A stretch of DNA of 32,000 nt from Candidatus Iainarchaeum sp. (GTDB taxonomy: Archaea > Iainarchaeota > Iainarchaeia > Iainarchaeales > 0-14-0-20-30-16): contig JAQTTP010000003.1 in assembly GCA_028710695.1 (NCBI GenBank), positions 69,285 to 101,284 of the forward strand. Reading direction: 5' to 3'. The notes beneath the pieces were generated by a model. It ran no database searches, was not told the origin of the DNA, and was given only the letters and a program-made list of their open reading frames with translations. A program made the translations under genes and the position numbers. Shown here piece by piece: positions 18,835 to 25,741 of this stretch. Within the stretch, counting starts at the first letter, position 1. Each line of letters begins with the position of its first letter.

Positions 18835-19497
18835 ATGTTGTCATATACTTTTATAGAGGGCTTCCTAGAAAAACACTTAGAAAAAAATAAAGTTATTGCT
18901 TTAGGAACATCAATGACCTCACAGAAAATAATTAAGCAAATGGCTTTACATAATGTGATTAAAGACCTGAAGCTTAGAATTGTGCCTACTTCTTTGGAGA
19001 TTGCACATGTTTTGAGTGAGTTCAATATTCCTTTGGCAAAGCCAGAAGAGCATATAGATTTGGTTATTGAGTTTGGAAGCTTTGCGGATAAGTTCTGTAA
19101 TTATGTTAAAACTGACACTACTTCTCTGGTTATAGATAAGATCATTGCTAACATGGCTTCTAAAGTATTTGTGTTCCTTGAAGCAGAGAAATATGAAAAT
19201 TATTATGATTTAACTATTCCATTCGAAGTATCTACTTTTTGTATTAAACACACTTTGAACTCTTTAAGTGCTTTTGGGGAAGCGAAACTGAGAAAGAAAG
19301 ATGGTAGAGCAGTAAGAACTGTTGGTGGAAACTATTTAATTGATCTAGAATTAAACAAAAGTATTTCTTTTGATGACTTAGAGTACAAGACAAGACAAAT
19401 CCCTGGTGTCTTTGAAACTGGATGCTTTTTAGGCGAAGCAGATAAAATATATTTGGTCCATAAAAATAAAATAGAGAAGAAATTGGACCGATTGTGA
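18835..19497 (+). CDS. Ribose-5-phosphate isomerase A-like protein with degenerate active-site motifs
   Basis: 220 aa. C-terminal GGNYLIDLELNKSISFDDLEYKTRQIPGVFETGCFLGEADKIYLV matches the RpiA C-terminal pattern. IDLVIEFGSFADKFCNYVKTDTTSLVIDKIIANMA aligns without gaps with the canonical [32 protein letters not shown]-type segment. Confidence 0.75.
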   Translation: MLSYTFIEGFLEKHLEKNKVIALGTSMTSQKIIKQMALHNVIKDLKLRIVPTSLEIAHVLSEFNIPLAKPEEHIDLVIEFGSFADKFCNYVKTDTTSLVIDKIIANMASKVFVFLEAEKYENYYDLTIPFEVSTFCIKHTLNSLSAFGEAKLRKKDGRAVRTVGGNYLIDLELNKSISFDDLEYKTRQIPGVFETGCFLGEADKIYLVHKNKIEKKLDRL

Positions 19498-19503
19498 TTC
19501 GCT

Positions 19504-20700
19504 ATGCGTGTGGCTTTTATTTCAGATACTCATCTAGGGTTTTCTAAGCATAAAGTTGAACTTGACTCCTATATCTATGCAGAACAAGCCTTAAAGATCG
19601 CTAAAGAAAAAGCGGATTTGATTGTTTTGCCTGGAGACATATTTGATAGCTCAAGCCCTGGCGAAGACTGTTTATCTAAGGCGTTTTCTATTTTGCAAAT
19701 ATTTAAGGGGTTTGAATCTAAAGCAAAAATGATTGGGGTTGTAGATAGAAGGCAACATAATAGTCAAATTACTTTGGGTATGCCAATAGTTGCTATTCCT
19801 GGTACTCACGAATACAAACTGAAAGAAGATGGTCCTTTAGAAGTATTAGAAAATGCGGGATATCTTGTTTGCTTGCATGCGGGCTATTGTAAAATACAGA
19901 AAGGGGAAGAAATAGTTAATATTTTTGGAATGAAAGGTGTTCCTGAGCAGGTTGCAAGAGATGCTCTGAAAAAACTTTCTTTTATTCCGCAAGATGGAAA
20001 GAATATTCTTGTTTTGCATCAGTCTTTTAAGGAACTTCTGCCGTTTAATGACGAGATGGTGGCTACTTTAGAATACAAAGATCTGCCGTCTGGATTTGAC
20101 TTGTATGTTAATGGGCATATCCATCAGCATAAAACTTTTGAATTGGATTCAGGAGTATTTCTTATCCCTGGTTCTACAATAAACACCCAGGTTAGAAAGT
20201 CGGAAATTAAACATAGGAAAGGGTTTGTTGTTTATGACACAGAATCAAAGAATGTGGAATTCGTGGAAATTCCTATTCAGAGGCAGTATAAGTATTTAGA
20301 ATTGGATGTTTCTAATGGGCTTGAAGATCAGGAAATTATATTTGACGGATTAAAACCGGTGTCTTATTCTTTATTTGGAAAAGAAGTTGTTCTTGAGCCA
20401 TATGTGAAAGTTAAGATTGTTGGGGAAATTGATGAACATAAGAAAAACATTTTGCAGACCATAAAGAAAAGAGATGGGTTTATTATTGACGTTGAGAAGG
20501 ATCTTTCTGTAATTGAGCAGAAAATAAAAGATATTGACCTAAAAGCTATAAGAGATGGGGCAATTACAACTGCAGAGAATGTGTTCTTTGACAATTTGTA
20601 TAGCTCAGGGTTTAAGAAGTCATTTGACTTAAAACAGGTTTTTGAATATCTTAAAGAAGAAAAGCCAGATAAGGTAATGGAACACCTGGAGAAAGATTAG
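19504..20700 (+). CDS. mre11: Mre11/SbcD-like DNA repair exonuclease (metallophosphoesterase)
   Basis: 398 aa; metallophosphoesterase motifs SDTHLG, PGDIFD, PGTHEY, LHQS, NGHIHQHK in order, with an archaeal Mre11-like C-terminal extension. Confidence 0.8.
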   Translation: MRVAFISDTHLGFSKHKVELDSYIYAEQALKIAKEKADLIVLPGDIFDSSSPGEDCLSKAFSILQIFKGFESKAKMIGVVDRRQHNSQITLGMPIVAIPGTHEYKLKEDGPLEVLENAGYLVCLHAGYCKIQKGEEIVNIFGMKGVPEQVARDALKKLSFIPQDGKNILVLHQSFKELLPFNDEMVATLEYKDLPSGFDLYVNGHIHQHKTFELDSGVFLIPGSTINTQVRKSEIKHRKGFVVYDTESKNVEFVEIPIQRQYKYLELDVSNGLEDQEIIFDGLKPVSYSLFGKEVVLEPYVKVKIVGEIDEHKKNILQTIKKRDGFIIDVEKDLSVIEQKIKDIDLKAIRDGAITTAENVFFDNLYSSGFKKSFDLKQVFEYLKEEKPDKVMEHLEKD

Positions 20701-22154
20701 TTCTCACAAGCCCCACACAACATATAATTTAAATGTGATTTTACCTTTTCTTTTTGTTCTTGTGGAGTGAAATATAAGGCGGCTTTACAAAAGTCGCTGT
20801 TACTTATTTTCTTACTTGTATATTTGTATTTTTCTAATACTAATTTAAGTGTGTTTATTGTATTCTCTTTGCCAATATTAAAATAGAGGTATTCCAGAAT
20901 GAGGTATCTGCCTGCATAACTTGATTTTATATAGTCTCCAGTTAAGTCACAAACTGGCTTATTAAAGTCAATGGTCTTTAAGTTGTTGTAAAGTCCGTCT
21001 TTATAATCATCTAATACTGTGGAATATGCTGTGTGCCCAATTCCTATTGAATCAAAGTCGTTTTTGAAGTCTGTAATTAATATAAGCGGCAGTACACTAG
21101 ATGGCGCCTCAGTTAACCATTCTTGACACATCCCATTAAAAAAATAAGAATGAACTAATTCATGGCCTAACAGCCAGGGATGATTTACTCCGGACTCTCC
21201 CCCAATAACTATTGATCCTGGGCTTCCCAGGGCTGCGTTTCCAAATGATTGGACAATTATGTCCTTGCAGGGGAATTGAACAATATAACTTTGAATCTGT
21301 GGAATATACTTTTCCAATATTATTTTGCCTTGGTTTGCAATCTCTAGTCGTTCCGTAGTTGGATCTGGCACGAAAATTGTAATTCCTACTCCTTCGCTTG
21401 AAGAAGTGATTTCGTCTACTTCTATGTTTAAATCAGTATAATTCCACTTTTTTACATATTCAGGGGTAAGACAATTAAACGGATCTTCCTTTAGTTCCAT
21501 AATTCCATAAACTTCTTGTAAAGCATTGCCATAATTTATCTCTTCATGTGCTTGTTCATTACAATAGTGGTTATCGCAAATTAAGCCAGACAAACAATCT
21601 GAGTCTTGATTGCAAGCTCCATATGTTAGTTCACATGATTTGTTATTGCAGTATTCCCAATTGTCACAATCATCATCATATACACATTTATTTTCTTCTA
21701 GTTTGCAAGAGTTATTGATGCAGATGTAAGGCAGATTACAACTTGGGTTATTGTATTCACAGCCATCTTTTAAGAAACAATTTCCGCTAGAACAATAATG
21801 CTGATTGTCACAATATTTGTTTTTATATCCTTCAAAGTTTTCACAACATTGATAAGGGCAATCAAGGATAATTGGGGTGGTTGGCTTTGTACCTGTGGTT
21901 GTTGTGTTTGTGTCGGGAGTTGTTTTTGTTTGGATATTTGTAATTGTTTGTTCTGTGTTTATATCTTTTTTACATTGCCAATATTCACTACACTTAAACC
22001 CTTCTTGGCAGCCTTTGTCTAAATATTGGGAATCATCATAGCAACATTCAAAAGGGCAGGCTTTCTTTTGATCTGTAATATTGTCCGTAATACAGCCAGA
22101 TAGGGAAAGCACAATTATTGAAAGTATAAGTAAAGTAAGCAAGTATTTTGTCAT
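20697..22154 (-). CDS. Cys-rich secreted lipoprotein with a HExxH gluzincin-like metallopeptidase domain
   Basis: 485 aa; lipobox-like LSLSGC; repeated CPFECC.../CPYQCC... and C-x5-DC-x4-YC-x4-C units; GHELVHSYFFNGMCQEWLTEAPSS has HExxH plus a downstream Glu. Confidence 0.75.
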   Translation of the reverse strand: MTKYLLTLLILSIIVLSLSGCITDNITDQKKACPFECCYDDSQYLDKGCQEGFKCSEYWQCKKDINTEQTITNIQTKTTPDTNTTTTGTKPTTPIILDCPYQCCENFEGYKNKYCDNQHYCSSGNCFLKDGCEYNNPSCNLPYICINNSCKLEENKCVYDDDCDNWEYCNNKSCELTYGACNQDSDCLSGLICDNHYCNEQAHEEINYGNALQEVYGIMELKEDPFNCLTPEYVKKWNYTDLNIEVDEITSSSEGVGITIFVPDPTTERLEIANQGKIILEKYIPQIQSYIVQFPCKDIIVQSFGNAALGSPGSIVIGGESGVNHPWLLGHELVHSYFFNGMCQEWLTEAPSSVLPLILITDFKNDFDSIGIGHTAYSTVLDDYKDGLYNNLKTIDFNKPVCDLTGDYIKSSYAGRYLILEYLYFNIGKENTINTLKLVLEKYKYTSKKISNSDFCKAALYFTPQEQKEKVKSHLNYMLCGACEN

Positions 22155-22199
22155 AATTTAATTAGGAAATAGTTGTATAAATAACATTTGTTGTTGAGA

Positions 22200-22271
22200 T
22201 GCCCCGGCCGGGAATTGAACCCGGGTCGAAAGAGTGAGAGTCTTTCGTGATAGCCACTACACTACCGGGGC
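22200..22271 (-). tRNA. tRNA-Glu(CTC)
   Basis: RNA GCCCCGG...CCGGGGC-A acceptor, anticodon loop CUCUCAC in AAAGA/TCTTT stem, TPC arm GGTTCAATTCC. Confidence 0.93.
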
Positions 22272-22272
22272 A

Positions 22273-22345
22273 CTAGCCTTTTAATAAAGGCTAAGTTTGC
22301 CAAAATTGGGTCCATCTTCGCGGCTAGCCGCTCGATAACCCTTAC
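22273..22345 (-). repeat. Copy A of a 73-nt repeated structured element immediately 5' of tRNA-Glu
   Basis: About 80% identical (one small indel each side) to 22916-22988. Minus strand GTAAGGGTTATCGAGCGGCTAGCCGCGAAGATGGACCCAATTTTGGCAAACTTAGCCTTTATTAAAAGGCTAG. Confidence 0.75.
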
Positions 22346-22367
22346 TTACTTTTTTGGAGAGCTTACC

Positions 22368-22398
22368 GTTTTCTTTCTTTTATGAACTTAAGCTCTTC
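22368..22398. repeat. 31-bp exact repeat, copy 1 (gttttctttcttttatgaacttaagctcttc)
   Basis: Identical to 23261-23291. Confidence 0.9.
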
Positions 22399-22406
22399 CA
22401 AGAATC

Positions 22407-22494
22407 TTTTTTGCAAAGCAAAAAAATTCAGGGGCTAAAGCAGTTTGTGAAACAAACTGGCTTTTTCTTTTCTTTTTTGAAAAGAAAGAAAAAC
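22407..22494. repeat. Cluster of three consecutive inverted repeats 3' of tRNA-Leu
   Basis: TTTTTTGC-aaa-GCAAAAAA (22407-22425); CAGTTTGT-gaa-ACAAACTG (22441-22459); CTTTTTCTTTTCTTTT..AAAAGAAAGAAAAAC (22461-22494, near-perfect). Confidence 0.65.
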
Positions 22495-22500
22495 TTAGAG

Positions 22501-22584
22501 TGCTGGAGGCAGGACTTGAACCTGCGAAGGCACTAAGCCAACAGATCTTGAGTCTGTCCCGTTTGACCGCTTCGGTACCCCAGC
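22501..22584 (-). tRNA. tRNA-Leu(CAA)
   Basis: RNA GCTGGGG...CTCCAGC-A; anticodon loop CUCAAGA in ACAGA/TCTGT stem; long variable arm GGC-TTAGT-GCC; class II length 84 nt. Confidence 0.92.
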
Positions 22585-22732
22585 TCGGGAACAAACTTTC
22601 CCGTTCGAGTTGTACCACACAAGGTGGTACGGTGCTAATGCACAAGCCTTTAGTTAATATAATATATCTATATCTAATACAAAATATATATAAATAAAAT
22701 CTTTGGGTCTAACTTTTTTTATTAAAAAGCAG

Positions 22733-22814
22733 GCGAGGATGGCAGAATGGCTAATGCGCCGGTCTCGAAAACCGGTGTCTTCTAGACTTGTGGGTTCAAC
22801 TCCCACTCCTCGCT
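22733..22814 (+). tRNA. tRNA-Ser(CGA)
   Basis: GCGAGGA...TCCTCGC acceptor; anticodon loop CTCGAAA in CCGGT/ACCGG stem; variable arm; TPC GGGTTCAACTCCC. Confidence 0.92.
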
Positions 22815-22842
22815 TATTCTAAATAATCTTAAAAAATAGAAG

Positions 22843-22916
22843 TGAGCCCGCGGGGATTCGAACCCCGGACACCAAGGTTAAGAGCCTTGTGCTCTACCAG
22901 GCTGAGCTACGGGCCC
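22843..22916 (-). tRNA. tRNA-Lys(CTT)
   Basis: RNA GGGCCCG...CGGGCTC-A; anticodon loop CTCTTAA in CAAGG/CCTTG stem; GGTTCGAATCC. Confidence 0.93.
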
Positions 22917-22988
22917 TAGCCTTTTACAAAAAGGCTAAGCTTGCCAAAAGTGGGCCCATCTTCGAGACAAGCTCTCGATAGCCCTTAC
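22916..22988 (-). repeat. Copy B of the 73-nt structured element immediately 5' of tRNA-Lys
   Basis: Minus strand GTAAGGGCTATCGAGAGCTTGTCTCGAAGATGGGCCCACTTTTGGCAAGCTTAGCCTTTTTGTAAAAGGCTAG; pairs with copy A at 22273-22345. Confidence 0.75.
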
Positions 22989-23029
22989 CTTTGTCAAAAG
23001 AAACTGGTCTTTAAAAAATAAATTTTTAT

Positions 23030-23045
23030 GTGCCATTTATGGCAC
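23030..23045. repeat. Inverted repeat GTGCCAT-tt-ATGGCAC
   Basis: Perfect 7-bp arms between tRNA-Lys and tRNA-Asn. Confidence 0.7.
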
Positions 23046-23107
23046 TCCTTTCTTTCTTTTAATAGACTGTAATTTTTCTTTCTTTTGGAAAGAAAGAAAA
23101 AGTTAGA

Positions 23108-23179
23108 CGCCCTGGGAAGGTTTCGAACCTTCGACCTTCCGGTTAACAGCCGGACGCACCACCACTGTGCTACCAGAGC
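23108..23179 (-). tRNA. tRNA-Asn(GTT)
   Basis: RNA GCTCTGG...CCAGGGC-G; anticodon loop CTGTTAA in TCCGG/CCGGA stem; GGTTCGAAACC. Confidence 0.93.
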
Positions 23180-23260
23180 TTTTGAGAATTGCAGAAGCAA
23201 TCGATAAATAATCTATTACTAGTAAAGTTTTTAAACTAAATTAAACCAGTAAGCCCCTTT

Positions 23261-23291
23261 GTTTTCTTTCTTTTATGAACTTAAGCTCTTC
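23261..23291. repeat. 31-bp exact repeat, copy 2
   Basis: Identical to 22368-22398. Confidence 0.9.
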
Positions 23292-23318
23292 TTTCTTTTT
23301 CAAAAGAAAGAAAAACTT

Positions 23319-23582
23319 AGGGCGGAAGACAGTGGCAATAACAATAAAACACAGTTTAATTGTTACTCTGCTAGGCCAGGTGGCCCAAAGCAAATCAAAA
23401 ACAGGCTACCGTTGCTTCCTTCCGGACCTAGCGGGTTCACCAGTAGTTGACTTCTTTGGGTCTGGCTGTCATTGCAAAAATAACAACGCTGTATTTTACT
23501 ATTACCGCGCCTGTCAACCATAAGCCTTGGCATGTAGCAGGTTTCCAATTACAGGGGACTGCTGGCCCCCCGGCTTAGCCCT
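23319..23582 (-). ncRNA. Signal recognition particle RNA (archaeal 7S)
   Basis: Minus strand contains the SRP helix 8 core GCTAGGTCCGGAAGGAAGCAACGGTAGCC and GGTGAACCC. 5' AGGGC can pair with 3' GCCCT. TATA-like AAATATATTATTTTTG lies upstream on the minus strand. Confidence 0.9.
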
Positions 23583-23760
23583 AATATCAATAACTATCAA
23601 AAATAATATATTTGTGATGGCATTTTGTGCATACCTTATTGACTCAACCAATAAAACACCTATTTAGGGAATCCTCTTCGCATTATACATAACAAGTGGG
23701 TGTGACCCAAAAAGTACTTCTACATAAATTGTATTTTTCAAACCCTGTATACATAAAGAA

Positions 23761-23776
23761 AAACCTTTATAAATAC
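23761..23776 (+). promoter_or_regulatory. BRE/TATA promoter of ftsZ
   Basis: aaacctttataaatac, an archaeal-like BRE plus TATA box, 75 nt before ATG 23836. Confidence 0.65.
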
Positions 23777-23793
23777 CCTCGGCATATGTATTA

Positions 23794-23811
23794 CAGAAAT
23801 AAATATTTCTG
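23794..23811. promoter_or_regulatory. Inverted repeat at or near the predicted ftsZ transcription start
   Basis: CAGAAAT-AAAT-ATTTCTG, perfect 7-bp arms, about 25 nt downstream of the TATA box. Confidence 0.4.
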
Positions 23812-23835
23812 GTTTTAAATGTGGAGGGGAAGTAC

Positions 23836-24906
23836 ATGAAAACTATGGTAAAAAACTCAGTGGGCGTAGGTCCAAAGGAAAAGACAATGTCTGCTGAATC
23901 AGATACAGAAGAATTTGGAGCACCAAAGATAATGGTAATAGGTGCTGGTGGTGCTGGTTGTAACAGTATTAGCCGAATAGCTGAAATGGGTGTTAGTGGA
24001 GCTCAATTAGTTGCTATAAACACAGATAAACAACAGTTAGCTTTGTTAAGCGACGATTTAGTTAAGATACTTATAGGTAAAAGTGTTACAAGAGGATTAG
24101 GTGCTGGTGGATACCCTGAAGTTGGTGCTAAGGCAGCAGAAGTAAGTAGACCAGCTTTGGAAGAAGTATTAAGAGGAGTGGACATGTTGTTCATTACATC
24201 CGGTATGGGTGGTGGAACAGGAACAGGTGCAGCTCCAGTTGTTGCCGAAATAGCTAAACAGCAAGGTGCTATTGTTGTAGCAATTGTTACTTATCCGTTT
24301 AGAATGGAAAGAGCAAGAATAATTAAAGCTGAAGAAGGAATAAATAGATTGAAAGATGTTTGTGACACTGTAGTTGTAATTGACAACAACAGATTAGTTG
24401 AGTTAGTTCCAAACCTACCAATGCAAGAAGCTTTCAAAGTAGCTGATGAAGTAATTGCAAGAACAGTTTCAGGAATAACCGAGACTATTACACAGCCATC
24501 CTTAGTTAACTTGGACTACGCAGATGTAAGAGCAATTATGGGAAACAAAGGATTATCAGTAATTGCTGTTGGTGAAAGTAAGAGTGTAGACAAGGTAAAG
24601 GAAGTTGTTGAAGACACTTTAAAGAACGCTTTATTAGATGTTGATGTTGCTGGTGCAACTGGTGCATTAATCCACATAACAGGTGGACCAGAATTAACAT
24701 TAGGTGAAGCAAGCCAAGTTGGTGAAAAATTAACTGAGAAGATTGACCCTAAGGCAACAGTAATTTGGGGTGCAAGAGTAGACCCAACTTTCGAGAACAA
24801 GATTGAAGTAATTGCAATTTTCACTGGAGTTCACAGTCCATACATAAAGTCATCTGCTCCAAAATCACAACAAAAAGATGACGAGTTCGGATTAGATTAC
24901 CTTTAA
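23836..24906 (+). CDS. ftsZ: Cell division protein FtsZ
   Basis: GTPase signature GGGTGTG ([20 protein letters not shown]), N-terminal [13 protein letters not shown]7-like region [13 protein letters not shown] gtggagggga upstream of ATG 23836; the track ORF extends to GTG 23821. Confidence 0.96.
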   Translation: MKTMVKNSVGVGPKEKTMSAESDTEEFGAPKIMVIGAGGAGCNSISRIAEMGVSGAQLVAINTDKQQLALLSDDLVKILIGKSVTRGLGAGGYPEVGAKAAEVSRPALEEVLRGVDMLFITSGMGGGTGTGAAPVVAEIAKQQGAIVVAIVTYPFRMERARIIKAEEGINRLKDVCDTVVVIDNNRLVELVPNLPMQEAFKVADEVIARTVSGITETITQPSLVNLDYADVRAIMGNKGLSVIAVGESKSVDKVKEVVEDTLKNALLDVDVAGATGALIHITGGPELTLGEASQVGEKLTEKIDPKATVIWGARVDPTFENKIEVIAIFTGVHSPYIKSSAPKSQQKDDEFGLDYL

Positions 24907-24979
24907 GGTAATTTAATTTTCCTTTTTTTTATTTTTATTTTTCTTTTTTATTTTTCTTGCCTGAAGAGAGTGTTTTATT

Positions 24980-25195
24980 ATGATTGAAAAAATTGTTTTG
25001 CCTTTTGAAAATGTTATCCGCTACGAGTCGTTTATACTGGTGGGAGTGCTTATGACGGCCGGTACACTACTGAAGCTTTTGGGGGTTATAGATATTTCTT
25101 CCGATTGGTTTTGGCTTTTAGCAGGTGTAGGTCTGACTGTAGAAGGGGCAATTTCTATGATTAAACAAAGAAGATTTGATAGAAATTCAAAGTAA
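24980..25195 (+). CDS. Small membrane protein (71 aa)
   Basis: Two hydrophobic segments (SFILVGVLMTAGTLLKLLGVI, WFWLLAGVGLTVEGAISMI). Confidence 0.65.
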   Translation: MIEKIVLPFENVIRYESFILVGVLMTAGTLLKLLGVIDISSDWFWLLAGVGLTVEGAISMIKQRRFDRNSK

Positions 25196-25299
25196 TAGAT
25201 CGTAATGGCGTAGAATTAAATGGAAATAAGCTTTGAATAAACCAAATTGTGTTACCTGTTTTTATGCTCTGCTTTGAACTTGGGTCTTTCTGCGGGCAT

Positions 25300-25740
25300 T
25301 CAAAACCACCTGCAAATTTCCTTTTTTAAAAGGGCTTCTAATTCTATTAATTCTTTATTGTATTTGTGTAATTCTTTATAATGGTCTGAAACAAGCCGAG
25401 AATAATAAAGCAATTTGTCTGATAATGTTTTTGATATTTTTTTTACTTTGGTAGTTTCCCATATCTCGTTGTTAACCCAATCCAACTTATCCAGATCTAT
25501 CCATTTAGCTTTGTATTTTCTGATAAGTTTTCGATTTTTAATGATTAAAACTTCCCATTTGCCGTCGATTTTCTTGCCTTTTGGCATTTCTTTTATTTCT
25601 TTTAGAACCTGTTTCATGATTCTATGTCCTTTAGTTGTGTTATCAAATGATAACCATTCTTTTTTGTTTAATTTCACAGAAATAAAATAATTATTCTTGT
25701 TTTTTGAATTTGATGGGTTTGGATCTAGTTCAATAATCAT
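25300..25740 (-). CDS. Hypothetical basic protein (146 aa)
   Basis: MIIELDPNPSNSKNKNNYFISVKLNKKEWLSFDNTTKGHRIMKQVLKEIKEMP...; Lys-rich and predicted helical at the C-terminus. Stop-to-start spacing of 1 nt places it just after fen1. Confidence 0.65.
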   Translation of the reverse strand: MIIELDPNPSNSKNKNNYFISVKLNKKEWLSFDNTTKGHRIMKQVLKEIKEMPKGKKIDGKWEVLIIKNRKLIRKYKAKWIDLDKLDWVNNEIWETTKVKKISKTLSDKLLYYSRLVSDHYKELHKYNKELIELEALLKKEICRWF

Positions 25741-25741
25741 A

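Noticed and set aside
22273-23318. CRISPR-like interpretation of the repeats in the RNA cluster
   Set aside because: Only two copies of each element, irregular spacing, repeats fused to tRNA ends, no spacer pattern and no cas genes.
22354-23548. ORFs 22354-22536, 22388-22645, 22500-22697, 22994-23200, 23259-23450, 23275-23523, 23363-23548
   Set aside because: They overlap well-defined tRNAs, SRP RNA or low-complexity T/A hairpin spacers. Products such as SFFYELKLFQESF and FFFLSKRKKN come from the repeated RNA-spacer sequences.
25205-25299. Possible structured ncRNA between the 71-aa membrane gene and the minus-strand 146-aa gene
   Set aside because: Somewhat less AT-rich than its surroundings, but I found no convincing stems, C/D boxes or H/ACA features by eye.
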